Assembly (NCBI GenBank): GCA_029856155.1
Contig: JAHQWL010000054.1
Location: 1 to 35,010, forward strand
DNA from: Promethearchaeia archaeon
Lineage (GTDB): Archaea > Asgardarchaeota > Lokiarchaeia > Sigyniarchaeales > SOKP01
DNA: 35,010 bases
Direction: 5' to 3'
Within the stretch, counting starts at the first letter, position 1. Each line of letters begins with the position of its first letter. The position numbers and the translations under genes are program-made. The notes below the pieces were generated by a model. That model saw only the letters and a program-made list of their open reading frames with translations. It ran no database searches and was not told where the DNA came from. Shown one piece after another: positions 9,637 through 18,902 of this stretch.

Positions 9637-10512
9637 CTATTCCATAATTATCCTTTTTTGTGTGTTATCTTCCGTTTTCTTAAAAATATTCATCAAAAAA
9701 ACTCCCGCAATTACTAATATTATCGAAATTATTATCCCAATAGAAATCGATGCACCTTCTACAATAATTAATTCGAAAAGCACTGGTGCTACTATATACA
9801 AAGAATTATACATTGGTACTAATCGTGAAGCATCAGCGCCTTTGGCAAACCCTATCTGAGTTAATATCATTGCAAAAAAACCTGCAAGGAAGCTGAATAG
9901 AAAAATAAAACTGTCTAACTCTAAATAGAAAATCCCTGCAATTGCTTCAAAAAAATTATTAGATGTTAATCCTATTCTTTTTAAAACATTATCAGTTCCT
10001 CCGAGTGTCCCTGCTACAGCGCCAAAAATGAAGGCAACTGCAATCCTCTTTTTCCAAGAAAAACCTATAAGGATTGAAAAAAGAATAATAATGACAATTA
10101 TCAATATAAAGAAATTTACGTAAAAGATATGGGGTTCTAGAACTGATGGTTCTATTAAGTAGAAAAATCCAACCATGCTTGTTCCGGCAACAATTAATAT
10201 AGCTCCTAATAATTCTGGGGCTGTGATTTCCTCATGTAATATGTAGTGGGAGTATAACATTAGCAATATCAATCCCAATCCAAAAACACTGGAAAATACA
10301 GCTGCTGGAGCAAAAGAAGTTCCTAATATTTGCCAAATAAAAACTGTATTATTTAAAGCAAATCCAATTATGTAGATTAGAGGTTTTTTCCCTTTTTCTT
10401 TAAAAGACTTCTTTCTGGAAAAAATTTCAATACCATGGCGTTCCATACCCTTAGCAAGATGCAATACTAAAGTATTGACAATTCCGAATATAAGACCCAA
10501 AACAACTGACAT
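9637..10512 (-). CDS. Multi-pass membrane protein, DMT/NIPA-like transporter
   Basis: About 9 hydrophobic segments; LHEEITAPELLGAILIVAG and VPMY patterns typical of the DMT superfamily. Confidence 0.6.
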   Translation of the reverse strand: MSVVLGLIFGIVNTLVLHLAKGMERHGIEIFSRKKSFKEKGKKPLIYIIGFALNNTVFIWQILGTSFAPAAVFSSVFGLGLILLMLYSHYILHEEITAPELLGAILIVAGTSMVGFFYLIEPSVLEPHIFYVNFFILIIVIIILFSILIGFSWKKRIAVAFIFGAVAGTLGGTDNVLKRIGLTSNNFFEAIAGIFYLELDSFIFLFSFLAGFFAMILTQIGFAKGADASRLVPMYNSLYIVAPVLFELIIVEGASISIGIIISIILVIAGVFLMNIFKKTEDNTQKRIIME

Positions 10513-10644
10513 TTTAACAAATTATCGAAGTGATTATTTATAGATTATGTGAAACACTTAAATAAATCTAATTAAATTATAAAATATTATAAAGTGTTAA
10601 TATACAAAAATTCTATAAATATATAAATCATCTGAATATTTATT

Positions 10645-11994
10645 TTGAAAGATCTCGAACCATTCTTTAACCCGAAAAGCATACTAATAGTTGGTGTATC
10701 AAGGAAAGCCTATACATTTAGTTACACCATTCTAAAGAATCTTTTAGAAATTTTTTATAGAGGGAATTTATATATACTTAATCCTAACGCTGATGAGATT
10801 TTAGGAATCAAATCATATCATTCTTTAGATGAGTTACCAGAAATTCCAGAGTTAGCTGTAATCGTTTTAGGAAAAGAAATTGCAGAAATCTTTGAAAAAG
10901 TAGCGAAATTTGGCATTAAAAATATCGCAATTGAATCAGAGTTGAGAACTGAAACCGAGGATCCCATATTAATACAAAATTTAAACAAAATTAGTGAAAA
11001 ATATGGTGTATCCTATATGGGACCTTCAATGATAGGAATCATTAATTTTAATAATAATTTTACTACCTCAATAATCCCCGTGAGACAGTATCTTATGCGA
11101 AAACATCGAAAAATAAAAGAAGGGATTAGTTTTATTGCTCAATCAGGAGGTTTAGCTGGAGCTATGGGGTGGTGGGCGCCTTCTCAAGAGTTACCTATCT
11201 CAAAGGTCATTCATTTAGGATATGGATTCGATATTAATGATGCAGATGTATTAGAGTATTTTAAAGAAGATGAAACAACTAAAGTAATTTCTATATTTTT
11301 AAGGGAAATCACAGAAGATATTATTAGAGCTGTAAAAAAGATTGCACCAATAAAACCTGTTCTATTTTTTTATGTAGGAAAGGATGAATTCAAAGAAACG
11401 GAGTTAATTAACGCGGGTGGAATTGGTGTATTAAATTATATTGAGCTTTTTGATTTTGCGAAAATATTTCTATGGTGTCCAGAACCTAAAGGTGTTAATT
11501 TAGGGATAATCGGACCAAGCTCAGGAGCTATTTATTTAATTGTTAAAGAAATGAGAAAGCAAGGATTATCACTAGCTAAAGTGAGTCAAGAACATAAGAA
11601 AATTATTCTTGATAAAGTAGGAGGTTCTACATGTAAATTAGGAAATCCTGTTGATTATTGGCCTCCAGAAAAGTTTGTAGGTACAAAAATCTGTGAAATC
11701 TACAATACATCCTCAAAAGCTCTGCTAAAAGATGAAGCTGTAGATGGATTAATTTTAGCTTTAGAATTTTTCATTGAAATCGAATTTGACTTTAATATTT
11801 TTGCCAATATTAAAAAATCATTTCCAAATAAACCATTGATTACGGTTTTGATTCAAGCAGAACATGATGGCGCTAAAAGAGTTATTAAAACTGCTTCAGA
11901 ATTAAAAATACCTGCTTTTGAAAATGAAATTGAACGAGCAGTCCGGGGATATAAATTACTTTTTGAGTGGTATTCAAAAATAAAAAAGAAATAA
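10645..11994 (+). CDS. Acyl-CoA synthetase (NDP-forming) alpha-like CoA-binding protein, apparently lacking the phospho-His loop
   Basis: FFNPKSILIVGVS, MGPSMIGI, AQSGGL, GNPVD; TTG start. Confidence 0.8.
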   Translation: MKDLEPFFNPKSILIVGVSRKAYTFSYTILKNLLEIFYRGNLYILNPNADEILGIKSYHSLDELPEIPELAVIVLGKEIAEIFEKVAKFGIKNIAIESELRTETEDPILIQNLNKISEKYGVSYMGPSMIGIINFNNNFTTSIIPVRQYLMRKHRKIKEGISFIAQSGGLAGAMGWWAPSQELPISKVIHLGYGFDINDADVLEYFKEDETTKVISIFLREITEDIIRAVKKIAPIKPVLFFYVGKDEFKETELINAGGIGVLNYIELFDFAKIFLWCPEPKGVNLGIIGPSSGAIYLIVKEMRKQGLSLAKVSQEHKKIILDKVGGSTCKLGNPVDYWPPEKFVGTKICEIYNTSSKALLKDEAVDGLILALEFFIEIEFDFNIFANIKKSFPNKPLITVLIQAEHDGAKRVIKTASELKIPAFENEIERAVRGYKLLFEWYSKIKKK

Positions 11995-11998
11995 AAAT

Positions 11999-13261
11999 CT
12001 AATTTAAGAAAATATCTTTGAGTTCTTCAGGAATTTCGTCAGATTCGTCCATTAGAGAAATGGCATACACTTCTTCTCTACATTTACACTGCTCTCCTTC
12101 AAATAAGTAAAATTTGAATTGATTTTTCCAATTACAAATTTGAACGTTACTTATTTCAGCAATTTCTCCACATATACAATAAATTGCCATACTTTCTGCA
12201 TAGTTGGGTATAATTTCTTTGAACTTTTTTGGAGATTTACTAAATTCAGAGTCATTTAACATATCATTAATCTTTTCAGCGAATTTATCTTTTAGCGTTG
12301 GTACAAAATAATTGATGATTCCATTTTTACCTTTGATCTCTGTAAGTACAATAAAATTTTTCTCCATTTTTGCTGCTTTCTTTTTTTCAGAGATTAAAGG
12401 TTGATCGTATTGCTGAAGCTGCTGTGGTATTGGAAATGGTTCCACATCTGTGGGATATTCAAAATTATAAAAATATTGCATCGTTCCTCTTATATTTTTT
12501 TGACTAATTAAGCTTAGATTATCGTAATCTCTACTATGGAGCACGAATTTTATTAACTGAAGAGGTACTCTTAATTCTATAAGTCTTGATCTAATATTAT
12601 CCAATAATTCCCCAGCAAAATTCTTTAAAATCATTATCTCTTCTCGATTTTTAGAATAAATCTCATTCTTATTCTGCTCTTTAAATGCAAACCATTTTTT
12701 AACAACATTACCCTTAATTAATTGAGGTAACATACAAAAGACACATAAGACCGGAAAGAGAAAGAAAGGGGGAAAATTCGGGATAAATGATATTACCAAG
12801 ATAGCTGCAAATAATGGTAATGTAATTACCAAAGTTAACTTCCGCAATCGTTTATCCATTGAACTATTTATGCCTTTACTAAGAGCAAGCTCTTCTGCTT
12901 TTTGTTTTAGCTTGTTCACAATATCTAAGATTCCTTTTGATTCGAAACTTAGTTTTAAAATTCTATCTTCTTCTCTTCCTTCACTAAAATCGCTTATATG
13001 TGTTGTAATTTGTTTTACATACTGGTTTAAAGTACTATCCTTAAAAATGAAATCTAATATTTCTTCAGAGAAATAATCTAAAAATCGGACAATAAAGAGC
13101 TTCTTCTCAACATCTTGAATATCGGTAGGCCCCAAACCTAAAGCCTCTTGAATAATTTGGCCTTGTGTTTTTCTTGGTTGCTTCCTGGGCTTTTTCGTTT
13201 TTTCCTCTTGACTCTCCGAGCTCTCAGCTCCTATCTTTTCATTATTTTCAGTGCTTTTCAT
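11999..13261 (-). CDS. Hypothetical membrane protein (2 TM) with Cys-containing C-terminal domain
   Basis: Long ORF; TM hairpin LTLVITLPLF...LFPVLCVFCML; CICG and CKC near C-terminus; likely start 13261 (MKSTE). Confidence 0.7.
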   Translation of the reverse strand: MKSTENNEKIGAESSESQEEKTKKPRKQPRKTQGQIIQEALGLGPTDIQDVEKKLFIVRFLDYFSEEILDFIFKDSTLNQYVKQITTHISDFSEGREEDRILKLSFESKGILDIVNKLKQKAEELALSKGINSSMDKRLRKLTLVITLPLFAAILVISFIPNFPPFFLFPVLCVFCMLPQLIKGNVVKKWFAFKEQNKNEIYSKNREEIMILKNFAGELLDNIRSRLIELRVPLQLIKFVLHSRDYDNLSLISQKNIRGTMQYFYNFEYPTDVEPFPIPQQLQQYDQPLISEKKKAAKMEKNFIVLTEIKGKNGIINYFVPTLKDKFAEKINDMLNDSEFSKSPKKFKEIIPNYAESMAIYCICGEIAEISNVQICNWKNQFKFYLFEGEQCKCREEVYAISLMDESDEIPEELKDIFLN

Positions 13262-13517
13262 AATGCGTTCAAAAACTAATGTTATAAAATTTAAACTAAG
13301 TAATAATTGACACATAATTAACTTTTGTAAAAATAATTAATTCTAAAAAATACCGTAAAACGCAAAAAAAGTAGGGGTTTTAATATTTGCTAAACGTGGG
13401 AAGATGATTGCTAGATCGTAAGATTTAATAATAAATGTATTTGATTTTAATGTTATAACAGAAATGTGAAATCATACAACAAAATGTTTTTTTAAAGATT
13501 GCATTTAAAAAAAATAA

Positions 13518-13847
13518 TTTTCAAAACCTCATAAAATTACAGAAGAAGAAGTTCAATTTTATAAACAAAAGAAAATATGTCTTGTTTGTAAAAGTCATAT
13601 TTCACGGGTTAATTATGTGTGTCCTGAATGTGATGCGCTTTATTGTATTAAATGTTCAAATGCGTTAAGTGATTTGGAAAATGCCTGTTGGGTATGTGAA
13701 ACACCTTTTGATGAATCTAGACCAATACAGCTCCATGAAGAGGTTGAAGAAGCGTTAGCGATGGAAGAACATATTATCACAGAAGGTGCAATATCAGAAC
13801 CACACAAACCATCAAAAATAGCAAAACATAAAAACCCGCATAAGTAA
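13518..13847 (+). pseudogene. 5'-truncated C4C4 RING-like zinc-finger coding fragment
   Basis: Frame FSKPHKITEEEVQFYKQKKICLVC-x10-CPEC-x4-CIKC-x10-CWVC is open back to an in-frame TAA (13515-17); no start codon before the first CxxC. Confidence 0.6.
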
Positions 13848-13873
13848 TTTATACTATTAAAGAGGAAAAGAAA

Positions 13874-14134
13874 ATGATATTTATGATTTTTTCTGTTTTA
13901 GGTGATTTATATTTTTTGGTAGCACTGTTACTCTTAATATTTTTAGTAATACCTTATTCAATTTTAATATTTTTGGCAATCTGGGTATATAGGGATGCTA
14001 AAAGAAAACAAATTAATGCTGCGACATGGGTTTTGATAGTATGGATAATTCCGTTTTTTATTGGCTTTATAATATATTTATCAATTAGAAGTAAATCAGT
14101 TTCAAGTAACATAAATAGAGATAGTCCTGAATAA
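13874..14134 (+). CDS. Small membrane protein (PLDc_N-like)
   Basis: WVYRDAKRK...WVLIVWIIPFFIGFIIYL. Confidence 0.75.
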   Translation: MIFMIFSVLGDLYFLVALLLLIFLVIPYSILIFLAIWVYRDAKRKQINAATWVLIVWIIPFFIGFIIYLSIRSKSVSSNINRDSPE

Positions 14135-14227
14135 AATGCAAAAATTCAATTTGTAAAAAATAAAAATTAAAAACAACAAAAATAATATTTACCTTATATA
14201 AATAAAATTAGAAGGTGCGAAAAAAAA

Positions 14228-14485
14228 ATGAGAATTTCAGTTGAAGATTCGAGAACTGGTAAATTAATTAAATTGGATGTTAAAAATCATCATCAAATTG
14301 AAAGAATAGTTGATATAATTATAAAACATATGGGTATTATAAGTGCAGAACAACGTTCATATACTCTTGTCCTCAAAGACCAAGAGTTACCGAACACTAT
14401 AACTATTGAGGATGCTGTTCACAAATTTGGACTACAGGAAAATGATAAGTTAATTCTATGGGCCAAGGTTATTGGTGGGTCCTAA
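14228..14485 (+). CDS. Ubiquitin-like modifier (pro-form, C-terminal GG-S)
   Basis: 85 aa beta-grasp pattern: MRISVE..GKLIKLDV, YTLV, FGLQENDKLILWAKVIGGS; GAAGGTG upstream; next to E2/E1/JAMM. Confidence 0.88.
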   Translation: MRISVEDSRTGKLIKLDVKNHHQIERIVDIIIKHMGIISAEQRSYTLVLKDQELPNTITIEDAVHKFGLQENDKLILWAKVIGGS

Positions 14486-14512
14486 TTTAACAATAAACTT
14501 TACAAGTTTTAC

Positions 14513-15073
14513 CTAATCCTCAATAATAAGAACATCCTCATCTTCTTCCTCTTTTTCCTCAACTTTTTCCTCAGTAATATTGAGTTCTTCCTTAATATCA
14601 GCCATCGATTTTTTTTTGAACAATTCAGATGCCTCTAAACATGGGGGATAATTAAGAGGATCATCAGGGTTGGGATTTTCTACTAAGCTTTTAAGGGCTT
14701 TAGCAGTTGTTTCTAAATCAGATAATCGGGACCATTTTTTTAAGACGTTAAGACAAATGTATCCCGTACCAGAACCCCCAGGAGAAGTTTGAACAGGATG
14801 AATATTAGGATGAAAAATATTTGTTAACCAAGAAAAATCAATTCCACCGGGATATGGAAATGACCGATTTATTTTTAAGAAAATTCGGTGAGATCTTTGG
14901 GGCACTAATTCTTCCTTATTTTTGATGAGACCTAATGCTTTAATATTTATTGTGAATTCAATACTAGTTTCTCCTTTAATAATTGTATTTTCTTCTAACA
15001 CATTTAATTTATTAATATTCATGAGTTCATTTTCAATTCTATCTTTCCAAATTTCATAAGGCAGTTCTGGCAA
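14513..15073 (-). CDS. Ubiquitin-conjugating enzyme E2 (UBC)
   Basis: FPY, IFHPNI, GYICLNVLKKWS catalytic Cys, LVENPNPDDPLN; TTG start preceded by GAGGGGT. Confidence 0.93.
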   Translation of the reverse strand: MPELPYEIWKDRIENELMNINKLNVLEENTIIKGETSIEFTINIKALGLIKNKEELVPQRSHRIFLKINRSFPYPGGIDFSWLTNIFHPNIHPVQTSPGGSGTGYICLNVLKKWSRLSDLETTAKALKSLVENPNPDDPLNYPPCLEASELFKKKSMADIKEELNITEEKVEEKEEEDEDVLIIED

Positions 15074-15194
15074 TTCTTTTACCCCTCTATATCATTTTTA
15101 AAAATTAAATCATAATTATTATTGATTTTTTGTTTATTATTTTTTATGTTTTTATTATTTTTTAAATTTCAATATTTTATTTACATAGAACTAC

Positions 15195-16079
15195 TCAATT
15201 TCTTTTATCGTAAGAACATGTCCAACAATCGGGATTCTTCAACTTCTCAACAACCCTAAATGTATTTAATAATCCATTATAATTTAGTTGTTTACCAATC
15301 AAAGGTTTACCTATATAAGAATTCCAATTACCATGTTCTTTAAAATAATCAATTCCTAAGATAAATTTTAGTACTTGCTGTGATTGTAGACCACCAATAA
15401 TTGAGGTTGTTGTTATAATTGTTGCTATCTTTGCAATTGTCTCACCGTCTACACCTTGAATTTCTTGACCGGTGCATGAAAATTTTTTCCACATTAAATC
15501 AAGGTCAGAATTAGAAATACTACATTGTAGACATGCTGCATCTTTTTCTTCGGAATAAACTGCTTGAATACTACCAAAGAACTCTTCAATTCCCGAATCT
15601 ACAAAAGGAACTCCATAGAAGTATGCATAGTTATTAGCTTGTAATCTCGCTTCGACATTGTCGAGACATGAACAAATAACATCAGATTTTTGGTAGAGAC
15701 TTTTATCAATATCATTTAAATCCTTTTTAATGGCTACAATTTCTGTATCAGGATTTAATTCTTCGCATGCATTTTTTACCACATCAACTTTATAATCTTT
15801 ATTTTGAGCACTCTGACGGTTAAATAACACACATCGATTTAGATTTGAAATATCTATGAAATCATAATCGATTAATATCAATTTTCCAATACCTGTTAAC
15901 ACTAAATTTTTCACTACTTCATTTCCAGTAGCACCGACACCAATAACCATAACTGTTGCATTTGAAATTTTGTTTTGATCCCACCCACTAATACGTTTTT
16001 GACGATCAAACTTATCCGTGTCTATGGATTCAAGACCATAAACTTTTAATTCCTCAGTTTTTTTTTCTCTACTTGGCAT
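15195..16079 (-). CDS. Ubiquitin-activating enzyme E1 (ThiF/UBA family)
   Basis: FDRQKRI, GVGATG, DYDFIDISNLNR, CLDN, Zn sites CLQC/CWTC, putative catalytic KFSC. Confidence 0.93.
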   Translation of the reverse strand: MPSREKKTEELKVYGLESIDTDKFDRQKRISGWDQNKISNATVMVIGVGATGNEVVKNLVLTGIGKLILIDYDFIDISNLNRCVLFNRQSAQNKDYKVDVVKNACEELNPDTEIVAIKKDLNDIDKSLYQKSDVICSCLDNVEARLQANNYAYFYGVPFVDSGIEEFFGSIQAVYSEEKDAACLQCSISNSDLDLMWKKFSCTGQEIQGVDGETIAKIATIITTTSIIGGLQSQQVLKFILGIDYFKEHGNWNSYIGKPLIGKQLNYNGLLNTFRVVEKLKNPDCWTCSYDKRN

Positions 16080-16098
16080 TTATATGATATTTGCAAGG

Positions 16099-16599
16099 TT
16101 ATTTCGAATTTATATCAAGAATTGCATAATTCACTTCTTTATAACCCTTTTCGGTATTTTTATCCAGAGTAAAAAATTGTAAATCATCTCTTATTGGATC
16201 AACAACTAAAGCTACTTGATATGATTCAGGAAAAAAATAAACTTGAGTTTTTAAATCAGTTTTTGATAAAAAACATCCAAAATTAGGATGAGAATGCCAC
16301 CAGCCAACAACTCTTAGACTATCATCTGCACTTCTTTTTTTCAATCTTCGAAATTTTTTCTCATATTTTCCCGCAGCACCCTCAATTTGAGCTGTTGAAT
16401 ATTTATCACTATGGATTGCACCTAAAAGAAAAAGAAGCTCCTTAATTTTTACATAAACTATTTCATTCCATTTCAAGATATTACCAATTAGATATCCAAA
16501 AATCTCATTTTGAAAATTTTTACATAGGAGTTTGATTTTTACCAAGACATCTTCATTGATATATACAGGAAATACAAAATTTTCATCAAATTTCATCAT
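16099..16599 (-). CDS. JAMM/MPN+ metalloprotease (Rpn11-like deubiquitylase)
   Basis: EIFGYLIG ... [19 protein letters not shown] ... ALVVDP. Confidence 0.93.
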   Translation of the reverse strand: MMKFDENFVFPVYINEDVLVKIKLLCKNFQNEIFGYLIGNILKWNEIVYVKIKELLFLLGAIHSDKYSTAQIEGAAGKYEKKFRRLKKRSADDSLRVVGWWHSHPNFGCFLSKTDLKTQVYFFPESYQVALVVDPIRDDLQFFTLDKNTEKGYKEVNYAILDINSK

Positions 16600-16604
16600 A
16601 ATCT

Positions 16605-17525
16605 TTACTTCTTTATTTCTTTTAATGTATTTATATTAAGATTTTGTTTGTCAAATTTATTCAATATAGATGTTTCTAAAATCTTCTTAATAATTTGATT
16701 AATAAGTTCTCTAGCGTCATCTTGAATGGCAGAAAATCCGAAGGTTTGTAATCCAAAAGACTCACTTATTTTGTTAGGTTCAAATGCAGAATTTATAGAA
16801 TCTTGAAAGTTAGCTAATATATAAAAATCTGCGTTTTTTATTCTCTCTTTTAGTCGAGAATATAAATTCTTAGTTCGGCTTAAATTACCCGCTCCTGAGT
16901 TTGTAACCATGCAAATGATATCTACTGTTTCTAATAGGGGTTTAAACTTACTGAAATTCTCTAGTAAATCATGGAAATTAACTTCTCTTAACACAAACTT
17001 ATTTATCCCTTTTATATTAGAAACTTTAACAGCTTTTTCAACCACTTCAGTCATATCATCATCTAATTCCAAGACAGTATCTCCGGGGAATAAATCCATG
17101 ATACTTTTTTTTCCCACTCCTTCCTCACCTACTAACAATATTTTGGGAGGAAGGAATATTTGCTTTTCAATAAATTCGGTGAATTCTTCAAGTGTTTCAT
17201 TTTCAACTTTCCCTTTTTCTAATCCTTTCTTAAATCGTTTTAAATATTCCTCTTTTAATAATTCTAACTTAACTCTCGCTACTTCTTCTGTATTATGACT
17301 ATCTGTAGTAATTATAAATACATGATCTTGATTCCCATAGGTATAGACGAAATTAAAATTCTCAAAATTTAATGATCTTATATGTCCTCCACCAATCTTT
17401 TTGCTTACCCGAGTAATAAGAGTTAGAAAGCTTATGATATCATTATTAACATAATTTGTACCAAAAAATGATTTAGAATAGTGCACTACACCATCCATTG
17501 TAATAACATAAATATGCGATATCAT
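16605..17525 (-). CDS. Longin-domain + degenerate small GTPase fusion (copy 1)
   Basis: N-terminal longin pattern ([26 protein letters not shown]); P-loop [18 protein letters not shown]. Confidence 0.8.
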   Translation of the reverse strand: MISHIYVITMDGVVHYSKSFFGTNYVNNDIISFLTLITRVSKKIGGGHIRSLNFENFNFVYTYGNQDHVFIITTDSHNTEEVARVKLELLKEEYLKRFKKGLEKGKVENETLEEFTEFIEKQIFLPPKILLVGEEGVGKKSIMDLFPGDTVLELDDDMTEVVEKAVKVSNIKGINKFVLREVNFHDLLENFSKFKPLLETVDIICMVTNSGAGNLSRTKNLYSRLKERIKNADFYILANFQDSINSAFEPNKISESFGLQTFGFSAIQDDARELINQIIKKILETSILNKFDKQNLNINTLKEIKK

Positions 17526-17664
17526 AACAGAATTTTAATTTTCTCTAACGATAAATAAATTCTTATTTTTGACTTTAATTTTCCATATGTTTTTTATAAA
17601 TATATGTAATATATTTTCGAATACCTTAGATATGTAATCTTCTTATTTTTGAACATAAACTCTT

Positions 17665-18561
17665 TTAAACTTGCTTACTTTTTATTTTTTCTACGATTGA
17701 AATTCTTAACATTTCACTAATTATCTCAAAAATCTTGTCTTTAGCATCTCTTTTTATTGCACAGAAACCATATGTTTGAATTCCAAACATTTCTTCTATC
17801 TTTTCTGGTTCATATGATGTACTCTGTAAATCTTGGAAATTGGCTATAAGATAAAAATCGGCTTTCTTAACTTTGTTTTCTAATTGAGAGAATAATCTTT
17901 GGGTTCTACCTAAATTACTTGCACCTGAATTCGTAACTATGCAAATTACATCAACTGAATCTAATAAAGGTCTGTGAATTTTTGAATTTTTAATTAAATC
18001 TTCCAAATCAAATTCGCGTAAAACAACCTCATTTATTGTTTTTAAATTGGATAAAGGAATTGACTTCTGTATAATTTCATTTAAATCCTCATCTAATTCT
18101 AAAACAGTCTCTCCTTCAAAAAGATTGATAATAGTCGTTTTCCCAACGCCTAGTTCCCCTACCAATAATATTTTTGGTGGTATGAAAATATACTCTTCAG
18201 CAAATTCATCGAATACTTCAAATCTTCCTGTTTCACATTTCCAATTTTTTAACTCATCGTAAAATTGTTTAATAAACTCATTTTTCATTAATTCTAATTT
18301 TTCTTGCGCTTCTTCTTCAGGATCATCTATATCTGTAACAATAATGAACATACATAACTTTTCTTCATCATAAGTATACACAAAATTGAAGTTTCTGAAA
18401 TTCAAAGATTTTATCTCCCCTCCGCCAATTTCCTTTGCAATAGTACTAATAGCTGTGAGGAATCCGCTTACTAAATCGTAGTCTATGTCATCACTTCCCA
18501 CAAAGGTTTTTGAATAACAAAGTACTCCATTAGCCATAATTATGAGTATTTTAGATATCAT
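17665..18561 (-). CDS. Longin-domain + degenerate small GTPase fusion (copy 2)
   Basis: LVSGFLTAI longin signature; GELGVGKTT, ANFQD, FCAI. Confidence 0.85.
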   Translation of the reverse strand: MISKILIIMANGVLCYSKTFVGSDDIDYDLVSGFLTAISTIAKEIGGGEIKSLNFRNFNFVYTYDEEKLCMFIIVTDIDDPEEEAQEKLELMKNEFIKQFYDELKNWKCETGRFEVFDEFAEEYIFIPPKILLVGELGVGKTTIINLFEGETVLELDEDLNEIIQKSIPLSNLKTINEVVLREFDLEDLIKNSKIHRPLLDSVDVICIVTNSGASNLGRTQRLFSQLENKVKKADFYLIANFQDLQSTSYEPEKIEEMFGIQTYGFCAIKRDAKDKIFEIISEMLRISIVEKIKSKQV

Positions 18562-18685
18562 TTTAGATTTCTAATTTTATTCTATTAATAATTAATTTAA
18601 TAATAGTTTGGTTGATTATTTAAAATAACTGTGCGGAATTAATATAGTGATTATTCGTTTTATATTTATATAATGGTGAAATTAT

Positions 18686-18859
18686 ATGAATGAGGAAAAA
18701 AACGATTCAGAATCAAATGATCAAGATCATCCAACAATAATATCTTCTGAAGATCGAGAAATTAAGCAACAGAAGCCCCCGAATGATAAGATTATAAATT
18801 ACAAAATCGTAGAAGAGAAAGATAATTCAAATTCAAAAGATAATCAAGCAATAAATTGA
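18686..18859 (+). CDS. Small (57 aa) hydrophilic hypothetical protein
   Basis: ATG..TGA ORF MNEEKNDSESNDQDHPTIISSEDREIKQQKPPNDKIINYKIVEEKDNSNSKDNQAIN, with GGTGA SD-like site and TTTATATA upstream. Confidence 0.45.
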   Translation: MNEEKNDSESNDQDHPTIISSEDREIKQQKPPNDKIINYKIVEEKDNSNSKDNQAIN

Positions 18860-18902
18860 ACAATACTAATTCATTTTATAAATTTTTAAAAATACTAAAA
18901 AG

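Noticed and set aside
15195-16079. E1 as a ThiF/MoeB sulfur-transfer enzyme
   Set aside because: The adjacent E2 with catalytic Cys and the Rpn11-like JAMM, and the absence of thiamine/molybdopterin genes, favour protein conjugation
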